A stretch of DNA of 64,000 bases. Source: Tubulanus polymorphus. Its lineage: Eukaryota > Animalia > Nemertea. Made by a program: the position numbers and the translations under genes. Each line of letters begins with the position of its first letter. Position 1 is the first letter of the stretch. Positions 50,046 to 61,573 of this stretch are shown here, in pieces. The stretch covers positions 12,464,088-12,528,087 of the forward strand of contig NC_134031.1 of NCBI RefSeq assembly GCF_964204645.1. Reading direction: 5' to 3'. Under the pieces are notes generated by a model. It saw only the letters and a program-made list of their open reading frames with translations, searched no databases and was not told the DNA's origin.

Positions 50046-51377
50046 TTTTTTGTTCTGTTAATGATCCATTTTTATCAATATGCTTAAATAAATAACCACC
50101 ACCAGTAAATGCTAAAGCGTTAACAATTGCCGATCCTATAATAGTTATAATTGCAAAAGCCATTTATTTAGTAAAATAATTACGCATTTATATGGAAGGA
50201 ATATATTTTTGTTTTTCTAAATAATCAATAGTTAAATTAGATAAAGTAACTGCTAATGTTAATTAGTCTTAGAATCCTGTTCAACGGTGGATTTCGACGA
50301 AGCATTTGATAAGGCACAACATCAGCCATTACTAAACAGGCTATTAGGAAACAGTTTCAATGATAGGTCGCCCAAATGGCTCAGCAGTTATCTCTGAACG
50401 AAAACTTGTAGCCGAAATCAACGGAACGCCTCATCTTGGAATAAGTCGGTCAAACTAGTGGAGTCACGCAAGGTAGTATCCTAAGTTGTCTTCTGTTTAA
50501 TGTCCTGACAAATGACATACACAGTAATCCAACATATACCGAGTAAATTTCCAAATCGACCTTAACACGAATGTTGAATGAAAACAATTCTGTTCGATTG
50601 AACGAAATACTTCATACTTTCGGTTCGGAGAAAAAACTTTTTTCAATATACTTGTTCGAACGAAAAACTTAATGTTCTGACAAGAGAATTCTGTTCAAAT
50701 TAAAAAAGATTCTGTTCAATTGAACGATTGTTCGAACGAAAAACCTTTCGTTTGGACAAAAAAAAATTTGTTCAACTTTGTTCTTACGATTTTTTCAAAT
50801 TGGTTCAATCGTATAGAATATTATTGGTTCGAACGAAATAAATTTTGTTCCGACGAAAGAATTTTCATGCGAAAGGTCTTTTGAACGAAAAAAAAAGATA
50901 TTTCTGGTGCTCCGCAGTAACCTAAAGCCGGATGTAGGTTGGTCTTGTGACACGATGCAATCCTCGCGTTGCATCGCAAGTTTCAGTGCAAGTCGGTTGC
51001 AATACGATTGTGTGCGACTAGTTTCTGCCAGTCGCAAGAGCGCGTCGGTTGGTTGTGACAGTCGTGTCGCGTCGCAGAAAGTAGAACACGTACGACTCCA
51101 TGTGACTGGCGTTGCTGAAAGATGAGGACGCCAGTGATATGACGACTGAGTTTCAATTCGTCAAAACGTCACGATGTGTCAACATATTTATGTTGACTTG
51201 ATGCGATATATCGCGATATATCGACATAAATATGGCGACTTGTCGAGTTGGAACGCGACAACTCGAGGCCCGTTATCGCTTCCGTACTATATCAGATTAA
51301 TCGACTTCAAAATAGGCGAAAGCATAAGTCTTTATTACGTTATTGATTGGCCTAATTATTCAAAAGCTAATAAAGTG

Positions 51378-53490
51378 GGTGACAAAACCAAAAAAATTAA
51401 TTGTCGCGGGCGATAAAACCAAAATAATCATTTGTCGCTGGCGATAAAACCAAAATATTGAATTGTCACGGGCAACAAAACCAAAAAAAACAATTGTCGC
51501 GGGCGATAAAACCAAAATCTTGAATGGTCGCTGGCGACAAAACCAAAATATTGAATTGTCGCGGGTGACAAAACCAAACTAATGAATTGTCGCGGGCGAA
51601 AAAACCAAAATAATGAATTGTCGCTGGCGATAAAACCAAAATATTGAATTGTCGCAGGCGATAAAGCCAAAATATTGAATTGTCGCGTGGGACAAAACCA
51701 AAACATTGAATTGTCGCGGGCGACAAAACCAAAATAATGAATTGTGGCGGGCAATAAAACCAAAATAATGAATTGTCGCGGGCGATAAAACCAAAATAAT
51801 GAATTGTCGCTGGTGATAAAACCAAAATATTGAATTGTCGCAGGCGATAAAACCAAAATATTAAAGTGTCGCAGGCGATAAAACCGCGACAAAAAAAAAA
51901 TTGTCGCGGGCGATTAAACCAAAATAATGAATTGTCGCGTGCGACAAAACCAAAATAATGAATTGTCGCGGGCGATAAAACCAAAATAATGCATTGTCAC
52001 GGGCGATAAAACCAAAATAATGAAGTGTCGCAGGCGATAAAACCAAAATATTGAAGTGTTGCAGGCGATAAAACCGCGACAAAAAAAAAAATTGTCGCGG
52101 GCGATAAAACCAAAATAATGAATTGTCGCGGGCGATAAAACCAAAATAATGAATTGTCGCGGGCGATAAAACCAAAATAATGAATTGTCGCGGGTGATAA
52201 AACCAAAATAATGAATTGTCACTGGTGATAAAACCAAAATATTGAAGTGTCGCAGGCGATAAAACCAAAATATTGAAGTGTTGCAGGCGATAAAACCGCG
52301 ACAAAAAAAAAAAAATTGTCGCGGGCGATAAAACCAAAATAATGAATTGTCGCGGGCGATAAAACCAAAATAATGAATTGTCGCGGGTGATAAAACCAAA
52401 ATAATGAATTGTCGCTGGTGATAAAACCAAAATATTGAATTGTCGCAGGTGATAAAATCAAAATATTGAAGTGTCGCAGGCGATAAAACGGCGAAAAAAA
52501 AAATTGTCGCGGGCGATAAAACCAAAATAATGAATTGTCGCGGGCGATAAAACCAAAATATTGAATTGTCGTGGGCGACAAAACCAAAATATTGAATTGT
52601 CGAGGGTGACAAAACCAAAATATTGAATTGTCGAGGGCGACAAAACCAAAATAATGAATTGTCGCGGGCGATAAAACCAAAATAATGAATTGTCACGGGC
52701 GATAAAACCAAAATAATGAAGTGTCGCAGGCGATAAAACCAAAATATTGAAGTGTTGCAGGCGATAAAACCGCGACAAAAAAAAAAATTGTCGCGGGCGA
52801 TAAAACCAAAATAATGAATTGTCGCGGGCGATAAAACCAAAATAATGAATTGTCGCGGGCGATAAAACCAAAATAATGAATTGTCGCGGGTGATAAAACC
52901 AAAATAATGAATTGTCGCTGGTGATAAAACCAAAATATTGAAGTGTCGCAGGCGATAAAACCAAAATATTGAAGTGTTGCAGGCGATAAAACCGCGACAA
53001 AAAAAAAAAAATTGTCGCGGGCGATAAAACCAAAATAATGAATTGTCGCGGGCGATAAAACCAAAATAATGAATTGTCGCGGGTGATAAAACCAAAATAA
53101 TGAATTGTCGCTGGTGATAAAACCAAAATATTGAATTGTCGCAGGTGATAAAATCAAAATATTGAAGTGTCGCAGGCGATAAAACGGCGAAAAAAAAAAT
53201 TGTCGCGGGCGATAAAACCAAAATAATGAATTGTCGCGGGCGATAAAACCAAAATATTGAATTGTCGTGGGCGACAAAACCAAAATATTGAATTGTCGAG
53301 GGTGACAAAACCAAAATATTGAATTGTCGAGGGCGACAAAACCAAACTAATGAATTGTCGCTGGCGATAAAACCAAAATAATGAATTGTCGCGGGCGATC
53401 AAACCAAAATAATGAATTGTTGCAGGCGATAAAACCAAAATAATGAATCGTCGCGGGCGACAAATCCAAAATTATTGTTTTGTCGCGTTA
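51378..53490 (-). repeat. 31-bp satellite with a 696-bp higher-order duplication
   Basis: ORF-track landmarks recur at +696 (51997/52693, 52430/53126, 52458/53154). Confidence 0.95.
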
Positions 53491-54865
53491 TTTTAGTTTT
53501 GTCGTTTTGTCATAATGTCGCCCTCATTTGCATATACGTGTTTTTTTTACACATGGCCCTTATCAGCCACCATACTTAAGCCTTAAGGTCGCGTAAAACT
53601 CGATAAACACTTCAAGCGACACAGCGAACGATCTCCTTTCCCCCACAGCGAACGCTTAACGCTACTAGCCTATGTAGGCCTATGTATATGCGTAGGCCTA
53701 ACATCCGGACAGATTGGTCGTAGGCCTATTGAATAACAACCCACCTAAATATCGTAAATTTTGTTTTGAAGTTCAATCCAATGAGTCCGTTAATAAACGC
53801 AACAATTATACTGTGTTTGTTTGAGACAGTAAAGCTCAGCACCGGTAGGCCTAAAGCCGCGTCAAACTCGATAACACAAGCGACACAGCGAACGATCCCT
53901 TTCCCCCACAGCGAATGCTTACTCCGAATGTCAAGTGTGAGTCCAGCATACGGAAAGGATTGTGTTATATACTTGTATTTAGTAAATTCCTTGTGCATTT
54001 GACAATGATCGGTATGTACTGTAGGAAATATAGAGTATTAATGGTATTGATATAGAGGTTGAAGCCCGCGGCCGAATAAAGTAATATATTCTTTTATTTT
54101 GATACCTCGTCGACATAACAGCTTTTCTCCGCTATATCACTTCGGCGTGTTTCGTTTAGGCCTACGACTCCCCTGTATACTTATGATTATCTTAGTAAAT
54201 ACACGGTTAATTTGGTTAAGAAAAATAGGTATTGTTAAACTAACTGCTTGAAGTCCGCAACCAAATCACTGGTAGTAATAAATTAATTTGTACTCGATTC
54301 GATTCTCATGATGAGGAGAAACTCGCAGCTGATCCCCGGAACGACGATGTAGTGACACACGTCGATTCGTCGATGTTTACGGCTCGACAATGCTTTTAAA
54401 ATCTAAAGTAGTAAATTTCCTGTATATCGGTAATATGATTTGATGAGGAAAATGGGCTATTGTTAAAATTAGTTTTTAAAAACCGCGACAGACTGTGCAA
54501 TCACTGAGTAATAAATTTGTTAATTTATGCTTGAATTGGTAATCGACGTGACAAGAAACGTGCGGTAGATTTCGTAAAGACGACTTAGAAAAACATGTCG
54601 GCTCTTTGAATGGGGCTCAATTTTCGCTGTTTACGGCCCCGACAGTGCTTTTGTAACGTTGATTATTCAAAATTCGCACGGAGTATTTGTAGATCGAAGT
54701 GAGCTGAATGAAATCAGACGGATTGTATCGGCAACAGCGGTAATGTAAAAAAGCCTATGTACTTTTGACAAAAAAAGTGTGGAAAAAAAAAAAATAATAA
54801 TAATAATAATAATAAGAAACACGCGAATCTCAATAGGGTTTTCTGTGATGTAAAAGAAAACCCTA
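51378..54865 (-). mobile_element. HINE-like element, minus-strand diverged copy
   Basis: TAGGGTTTTCT...AGAAAACCCTA hairpin at 54834-54865 and (AAT)n; body is the reverse complement of 57092-58490. Confidence 0.68.
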
Positions 54866-55372
54866 AATATCATTTATATCAAATCTATCAACATTAACAC
54901 TTCCCATTTTGAATACTTTTTTTAATACCATTGAATAACCAACAGTTCCAACTGATAGTAATGCTCCATTATATATAATCCAGTTATTATCCACTTATTA
55001 TCACTCATTTATTTATCAAAAAAATTACTATCATCAAAATATTTAGTTATCTTATTTATGATTAATTCAACATTTATTTCATTACTAGTTTCATTTGTAT
55101 ATATTTCAATTATTATTTTTTTAATATCATCGATGATAAAATCTTCATCTCATTCATAAAATCTTAAAGATTCTCTATATAAAATTAGTAATTCTACATT
55201 TTTCTACATTTAAAGTTTCTTTATCTATTGTTGTTTCATACTCAAATGTTGTTTCATTAGAAAATGCAATATTTCTAATATGCGTAATTACTTCATTAAC
55301 GTTAAATTTCATTTCTTTCTCATGTTTAAAATCAAACCCAAAACATATACTCGGTCCAACAGTTATATTCAT
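54866..55372 (-). pseudogene. 5' part of the 73-aa gene and frameshifted 119-aa gene
   Basis: Homology to 3790..4290. Confidence 0.75.
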
Positions 55373-55388
55373 TTATATAGTGAAAAAA

Positions 55389-56144
55389 TTACTCTCTACA
55401 TCTTATACCTAATTCATATATCACAGGAAAGTTATTCAAATCAATTAAATAACCATTATGATTTCTTATTTCTAATTTAAAATTATTAAATTTAGGAATG
55501 CAAGGTTTAAAATCACATTCTGTTAAATTATAATTTATTTGAGTTCCAAATTGTTTAACATTTTTTAGCGGTAAAATATTTAGTATACTAGAACTACAAA
55601 TTGTTTCTTTAGTTGCTTCGAAAGTTTTTTTAAGCTCGATTAAATTGCAATAAATGCAAAAGTGTGTAAAAGGTATTATATTTGAGCTGCCTTCTGCGTT
55701 TCCAGTAACTGAAAGCGGTTTAATTCCTAACATTTTAGCCAGTGGTTTGTTTACCATAAATTTATGTTGTTCATTAGATATCTTTAATCTTATTTTATTA
55801 GTACTATCAATTTTATTAAATTTAATTTCAAATACAGAAGTGCCCCCAATTTTCAACCGAGCTCTTCTATTAATTTCTTGCGCTAATGATTCTAAATTAT
55901 ATAATCCTGGTTTTAAAAATATATGAAACCATTTATCTTGATTTCTCATATAAATCATAAACCCTCTATGTTCAAAAGTTTTATCTGATATATTATAAAA
56001 AGAATTACATAAACTTATATTAACTAATTTTAAATCTACACAATTCTTAAATTCTCTATCTAATTGTACTAGTAAATTATGAGATTTATAATTTGTAAGT
56101 TTTCTTGAATCTACAAATATTCTGTATTCTTTTAATTCTACCAT
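55389..56144 (-). CDS. Minor capsid protein (penton, single jelly-roll)
   Basis: IFVDSR, KPGLYNL, LAKMLG, IYCNLIE and LEIRNHNGYLIDLNNFPVIYEL, the usual Polinton/PLV penton pattern. Confidence 0.82.
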   Translation of the reverse strand: MVELKEYRIFVDSRKLTNYKSHNLLVQLDREFKNCVDLKLVNISLCNSFYNISDKTFEHRGFMIYMRNQDKWFHIFLKPGLYNLESLAQEINRRARLKIGGTSVFEIKFNKIDSTNKIRLKISNEQHKFMVNKPLAKMLGIKPLSVTGNAEGSSNIIPFTHFCIYCNLIELKKTFEATKETICSSSILNILPLKNVKQFGTQINYNLTECDFKPCIPKFNNFKLEIRNHNGYLIDLNNFPVIYELGIRCRE

Positions 56145-56161
56145 TTATTTTACATATTTTC

Positions 56162-56515
56162 TTATTCGAAATCTATTTCATGGTGCCCTTTTTCATTCTT
56201 ACCTTCGTATACGAAATAGAAATCACCAGAACATAATTCTTCTAAATCTTCACTTGATAATCTATGAAATCTATCTGGTAAATATGTTCTGAATTTATGT
56301 GTATTTCCTTTTAATCCTTCATATTCTAAGTGTATAACAAATTTATCTCCATAGTTATTAGTAACTGTATCAATATTTGTAATTAGATATTTCTTATGGA
56401 TTATTAATTCTTTTAACTTCCTAAATTTATAATCTACTGATTTGACATTTGAAGTATCTTTTATTCTATCTAGAAATAATTTGTTGTTCTCACTGTTTGC
56501 TTGTTTACTCTCCAT
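56162..56515 (-). CDS. Small protein, possibly an OB-fold ssDNA-binding protein
   Basis: 117 aa, TAAATG start, TNNYGDKFVIHL...TYLPDRF pattern, directly downstream of PolB. The fold is inferred. Confidence 0.55.
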   Translation of the reverse strand: MESKQANSENNKLFLDRIKDTSNVKSVDYKFRKLKELIIHKKYLITNIDTVTNNYGDKFVIHLEYEGLKGNTHKFRTYLPDRFHRLSSEDLEELCSGDFYFVYEGKNEKGHHEIDFE

Positions 56516-56544
56516 TTATAATACATATTTTTATTAAAATTTGA

Positions 56545-57091
56545 TTAACACGTTAGAATTCTTTTCATTATCTCGTTCTCTTTTGTTTCTTCTCTTTTAA
56601 ATTTTAAGTATTCAACTAAATTGCAACCATAAGCAACTGTATGAATTCCATCATCTAAAATATATCTTTTATCATCAAATGGGTTTAGACTTATCTTTTC
56701 AATTTCTTCAATAAACATTTCATGATCTTCAGATCTTAAACATCTCATTTTATGTTTTCTAACTTCTTCATTGAATATACAATTGATGTAATCTTTGAAA
56801 TGAATATTCTTTTCTACTACACTTTTGGTTATTCCTTTTAACTTTTTAGCTTCATGTTCTTTAGTTTTATATGAATACATTTTAGATCTAATACCTATGA
56901 ACTCTATCATTTCTTCACCACCTAATTCATCTTTGAATTTACCAGGAACTTTTTTATTATCATTGCTAAACAATTCATGATTTTTAGGATAGTTACTGAA
57001 ATCAAAATGATGTTTTAATGTTTTTAAATCATCAGTTATGTTATTAGTTTTTATCTTTAATATGTAACTGTCGGTATCAAAATATAATATT
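56545..57091 (-). pseudogene. pPolB: pPolB C-terminal fragment with intact, intein-free motif C (YFDTDS)
   Basis: Reading upstream of the listed ORF gives ILYFDTDSYILKIKT...HFDFSNYP...PGKFKDE; cut by the insertion at 57092. Confidence 0.92.
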
Positions 57092-58716
57092 TAGGGTTTT
57101 CTGTTATTTCACAGAAAACCCTATTGATATCCGCGTGATTATTATTATTATTATTTTCTTCCACACTATTTTTTACCAAAAGAACATAGGCTTTGTTACC
57201 TTACCGCTGTTTCATATACAATCCATATAATATCGTTCAGCTCACTGAGATCTACAAATAGCCCGCGTGTTTTTTCACGAATCATCGTTACAAAAGCGCT
57301 GTCGGGCCGTAAACATCGAAAATTTAGTCCCATTCAATGGGGCGACATGTTTTTCGAGTCGTCATCCCGAAATCAACCCGCAGGCCGACTGTCACTTCGA
57401 TTATCAATTCAAGTATAAATGAACTAATTTATTGCCGCAGACTTCAAATTCAGTCGCGGTCTTCAAACAGTGATTTTAACAATAGCCCATTTTCCTCATC
57501 AAATCATATTACCGATACACTGGAAATTTACTACTTTAGATTTTAAAAGCACTGTCGAGCCGTAAAAATCGACGAATCGACCTGTGTTACTACATCGTCG
57601 TCCCGGGGATCAGCTGCGAGTTTCTCCTCATCATGAGAATCAAATCGAGTACAAATTAATTTATTACTACCAGTGATTTGGCTGCGGGTTTCAAGGAGTT
57701 AGTATAACAATACCTATATTTCTTTACCGAATTAACCGTGTATTTACTAAGATAAATCTTTAGTGTACCGGGGAATCGTAGGCCTAAACTAAACACGCCG
57801 AAGAGATATAGCGGAGAAAAGCTGTTATGTCGACGAGGTATCAAAATAAAAGAATATATTACTTTATTCGGCCGCGGGCTTCAACCTCTATATCAATACC
57901 ATCAATACTCTATATTTCCTACAGTACATACCGATCATTGTCAAATGCACAAGGTATTTACTAAATACAAGTATATAACACACTCCTATCCGTATGCTGG
58001 ACTCACACTTGACATTCGGAGTAAGCGTTCGCTGTGGGGGAAAGGGATCGTTCGCTGTGTCGCTTGAAGTGTTTATCGAGTTTGACGCGGCTTTAGGCCT
58101 ACCGGTACTGAGCTTTACTGTATCAAACAAACACAGTACAATTGTTGCGTTTATTAACGGACTCATTGGATTGAACTTCAAAACAAAATTTACGATATTT
58201 AGGTGGGTTGTTAAATTCAATAGGCCTACGACCAATCTGTCCGGATGTTAGGCCTACGCATATACATAGGCCTACATAGGCTAGTAGCCTCTACTAGGTT
58301 AAGCGTTCGCTGTGGGGGAAAGGAGATCGTTCGCTGTGTCGCTTGAAGTGTTTATCGAGTTTTACGCGACCTTAAGGCTTTAGTATGGTGGCTGATAAGG
58401 GCCATGCGTAAAAACAACATGTATATGCAAATGAGGGCGACATTATGACAAAACGACAAAACTAAAATAACGCGACAAAACAATAATTTTGGTTTTGTCG
58501 CCCGCGACAATTCATTATTTTGGTTTTATCGCCCGCGACAATTCATTATTTGGTTTTATCGCCCGCGACAATTCATTAATTTGGTTTTGTCACCCGCGAC
58601 AATTCAAGATTTTGGTTTTTCTGCCACGACAATTCATTTTTTGGATTTGTCGCCCGCGACAATTCAATATTTTGGTTTTATCGCCAGCGACAATTCATTA
58701 TTTTGGTTTTATCGCC
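57092..58716 (+). mobile_element. HINE-like element with 31-bp satellite (58486-58716), truncated by Maverick E
   Basis: First ~540 bp are nearly identical to 36863-37410. Confidence 0.7.
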
Positions 58717-59122
58717 AGTAATAGGGGTAATAGGCTTTCATACCAAAGGTCGAACGGTCGAGCCCATTAAAAAACAAAATATTAAAAGTAATTAAAAAAC
58801 TATAATATATTTTCATTACCGCGTGCATTTTATATCAAAACTAAATATTTATTCTAAGATATCAATAATATAAAAAGCATATTGTATTAAATCAATTGGT
58901 CGCTCCACTTCGCTACCGCTCCGCTCCGCGACCAATTGATTTAATTACAATACACAAATTCAAATAATCAAATATATTCAAATGATAATAATTATTCTAT
59001 TATTCAACTGAAATGCACGCGGTTATGAAAATATATTATAGTTTTTTAATTACTTTTAATATATGTTATTAATGAACTCGATCATTAAACCTTTGATATG
59101 AAAGCCTATTACCCCTATTACT
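58717..59122. repeat. 406-bp terminal fold-back
   Basis: AGTAATAGGGGTAATAGGCTTTCATA ... TATGAAAGCCTATTACCCCTATTACT with the same CGCT-rich centre as 29183. Confidence 0.92.
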
Positions 59123-59204
59123 CTTAAAATATTCATATATATATGAATAACATTTAAATCATTGAACTTCTAAAATCAATTTTAATAAAAATTTTAGTAT
59201 TAAA

Positions 59205-59456
59205 ATGGAAGCAAATAAGTACTACTGTCTAACATGTAATATCGATATAGATAAATCCCAAAAAGCAAGACACAATAAAACTAGAACACATTTAGAGAAT
59301 AAATTGAAACTAGAATATTTACAGTTATATTCAGAACAGTTAACAAAGGGAAAGAAATTTATTGAATTATGGAATAATGATCCAAATAATGAACAATACG
59401 TTGAGGAATTTATTATCAAGGAATCGAAAGAACTTATCAAAAGCAGCGAGGAATGA
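59205..59456 (+). CDS. Small zinc-finger protein sharing its C-terminus with the HNH protein
   Basis: CLTC...HNKTRTH followed by LQLYSEQLTKGKKFIELWNNDPNNEQYV. Confidence 0.6.
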   Translation: MEANKYYCLTCNIDIDKSQKARHNKTRTHLENKLKLEYLQLYSEQLTKGKKFIELWNNDPNNEQYVEEFIIKESKELIKSSEE

Positions 59457-59532
59457 AAAAGGATGACGTTGATCGAAGAAATGGAAGAGGATTCTAAAAT
59501 ATCAACCAATTTAATAAAAATATATATTTTAA

Positions 59533-60312
59533 ATGGAAAGTACACAAACTATAAATATAAACAATAATGGTGTAATAAATATATGCTATAAGAAATGTAA
59601 TAAGTGTGAATTGAATAAATCATTAACAGAATTTCATAATCATAAAAAAACTAAAGATGGTAAAAGTTGTTATTGCAAAACTTGTTATAAACTATATAAT
59701 AAACAATATCAAGCAAATAATCCAAATTATTCAACACAATATTATATGGATAATATTGAAAAATTCAAAGTTAGAAATAAACAATGGAGAGAAAATCACT
59801 CAGATTATATAACAGAATATATGACAGAATGGAGGGATAATAATAGAGAATATTATAAAGCGTATCAAAATAATTATCAAAATGAAAAATATCAAACAGA
59901 TTTTAATTACAAATTGAAAAAATGTTTAAGATCTAAAGTATCAAAATTATTCAGTAAAGAAAACCACTCAGTTACACTAACACATTTATTGGATTGTTCA
60001 GATAAATTTTTTAAATCATGGATAATATATCAATTCGATGATAAAATGAATATAAATAATTATGGCAATTATTTTCAAATAGACCATGTTTTACCAGTTT
60101 CGAAATTTAACATGAATGATGAATACAATAAAAAGTTAATTTGGAATTGGAAGAATTTAAGACCTCTTGAAAAGAAGGAAAATATGATTAAACATGACAA
60201 ACTAGATTTACAATTATATTTAGAACAGTTAATAAAAGTAAAGAAATTCATTGAATTATGGAACAATAATCCAAATAATGAACAATATGTTGGGTCTTTA
60301 ATGAGTGGTTAA
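59533..60312 (+). CDS. Zinc-finger HNH endonuclease
   Basis: CNKC..CKTC and QIDHVLPVS...NWKNLRPLEKKENMIK. Confidence 0.85.
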   Translation: MESTQTININNNGVINICYKKCNKCELNKSLTEFHNHKKTKDGKSCYCKTCYKLYNKQYQANNPNYSTQYYMDNIEKFKVRNKQWRENHSDYITEYMTEWRDNNREYYKAYQNNYQNEKYQTDFNYKLKKCLRSKVSKLFSKENHSVTLTHLLDCSDKFFKSWIIYQFDDKMNINNYGNYFQIDHVLPVSKFNMNDEYNKKLIWNWKNLRPLEKKENMIKHDKLDLQLYLEQLIKVKKFIELWNNNPNNEQYVGSLMSG

Positions 60313-60563
60313 AGAATAATATATCTCAAATAAAATATATTAAGAAAACAATAACTTCAACTAGCTAATCAATTCTATTATATATTTTTAATATTTTCTT
60401 TTCAAAAGAGAATACTTTATATTTTGAATAGATTCAAATAGAAATTCTTTAAATTCAAATAGCTAGTATCAGTAGTCAATACTAGAGTTCTTTAACTTTA
60501 ACTATCTAGTATCATTTGAAGAATACTTATAATATTTTTTTTTGCTTTTTTTCTCTAATATAA

Positions 60564-61166
60564 ATGTCAAAGAAATCTAATAAGAATAGTATTGATATTG
60601 AAAAAACATTAGATGATTTGGGTATAAGTGATAATAAAGATACAGTTGCAACTAATTGTGCTCAAGTTAATAACAATATAGATTATGAATACTATTTATA
60701 TTGTAAACATCATCTTGAATTATTAATTGCTGGCGGGAAATCTAAGGACTTCTTAGGAAAAATAATAACTTTTCAAGAACTAGACTCTATGAAACCCGAT
60801 AAAGTAATAAAATATTTTAAGATTTATGAAGAGGCAAGATTAGCTAGAATAAATGATTCTATTTCAGATGGTATTGTCAAATGTTATTCTAAGTTATGTA
60901 ACCAGTTAATACCAATTGATGATGAAAATAAATTATATAATGATTTGAAAAATGACTATTTAGTTATGACTGAATTACAAAAATGGGTTGGATATGCTTC
61001 ATTCCAATTAGGATCGGTTATGACGTTGATTTCTACTGGTGTCATAACATTTTCGAACATCAAACCTATGGAATATAAATCAGGTAAGAACGAAACAAAT
61101 ATACTACAACAAAACGTCGAAACAGAAAATGAATCAGAACAAAAATTAACTAAAATAAATGAGTGA
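60564..61166 (+). CDS. Conserved 200-aa Maverick protein
   Basis: Homologue of 31785..32393. Confidence 0.82.
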   Translation: MSKKSNKNSIDIEKTLDDLGISDNKDTVATNCAQVNNNIDYEYYLYCKHHLELLIAGGKSKDFLGKIITFQELDSMKPDKVIKYFKIYEEARLARINDSISDGIVKCYSKLCNQLIPIDDENKLYNDLKNDYLVMTELQKWVGYASFQLGSVMTLISTGVITFSNIKPMEYKSGKNETNILQQNVETENESEQKLTKINE

Positions 61167-61570
61167 TGGAGTTAAGAAAAAGGCTAGATCCGAGAAACAA
61201 ATTAAATGGGCAAGAGAATTAGGTAAAAGATCATCAGAATTAAAAAAAAGCTAAGAAAAAGAAATTAACTGATATAAATGAATCACAGACTTTATCTGAT
61301 GATGCCGTACGGCACCCACACGGTAGTATTGATTCAAATAATAATCCATCTAATTCTTCTAATGCTGGAAGTAATTATAAATTATATATTACAATTGGAT
61401 TAGTAACAGTTATTATATTATCCGGTGTAATATATAAATCAAAATTCAAATCTGATGATAAAGATGATTCCAATGATCGGAAACTTAGTTATCCGTGTAC
61501 AGACAATAAACCTATTATACCAGAAAATAAATCAAATGAAACTAAATCTAAATTATTATTAATGGATTAA
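61159..61570 (+). pseudogene. Basic single-TM protein, frameshifted in an A-run
   Basis: Homology to the 32386 gene; extra A near 61245. Confidence 0.68.
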
Positions 61571-61573
61571 AAT

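Larger units (their letters stand above)
47551..52030. repeat. ~2.5-kb tandem duplication (47551-50044 and 50045-~52030)
   Basis: The unit is Maverick fragment plus RT relic plus repeats plus satellite; the second copy lacks ~0.5 kb. Confidence 0.9.
29183..57091. mobile_element. Maverick/Polinton-like element C/D: probably one element split by several insertions
   Basis: Terminus, HNH, 202-aa gene, INT and ATPase (+), then palindromic repeats, then ZnF, MCP, membrane genes, penton and PolB (-). The repeat array resumes across 36863-41400 and the 73-aa gene resumes across 47771-54865. Confidence 0.8.

Noticed and set aside
48327-51416. Short ORFs in the duplicated CpG-rich region, and those in the HINE bodies (53726-54873, 57337-58251)
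   Set aside because: They recur only because the DNA is repeated; no motifs, and frames are not conserved between diverged copies.
11365-58716. 6-bp target-site duplications for the Mavericks
   Set aside because: Flanking hexamers (ATTATT, GACCTG, GACATA, TATAAC, ATCGCC) do not pair; no element shows both ends in the window.
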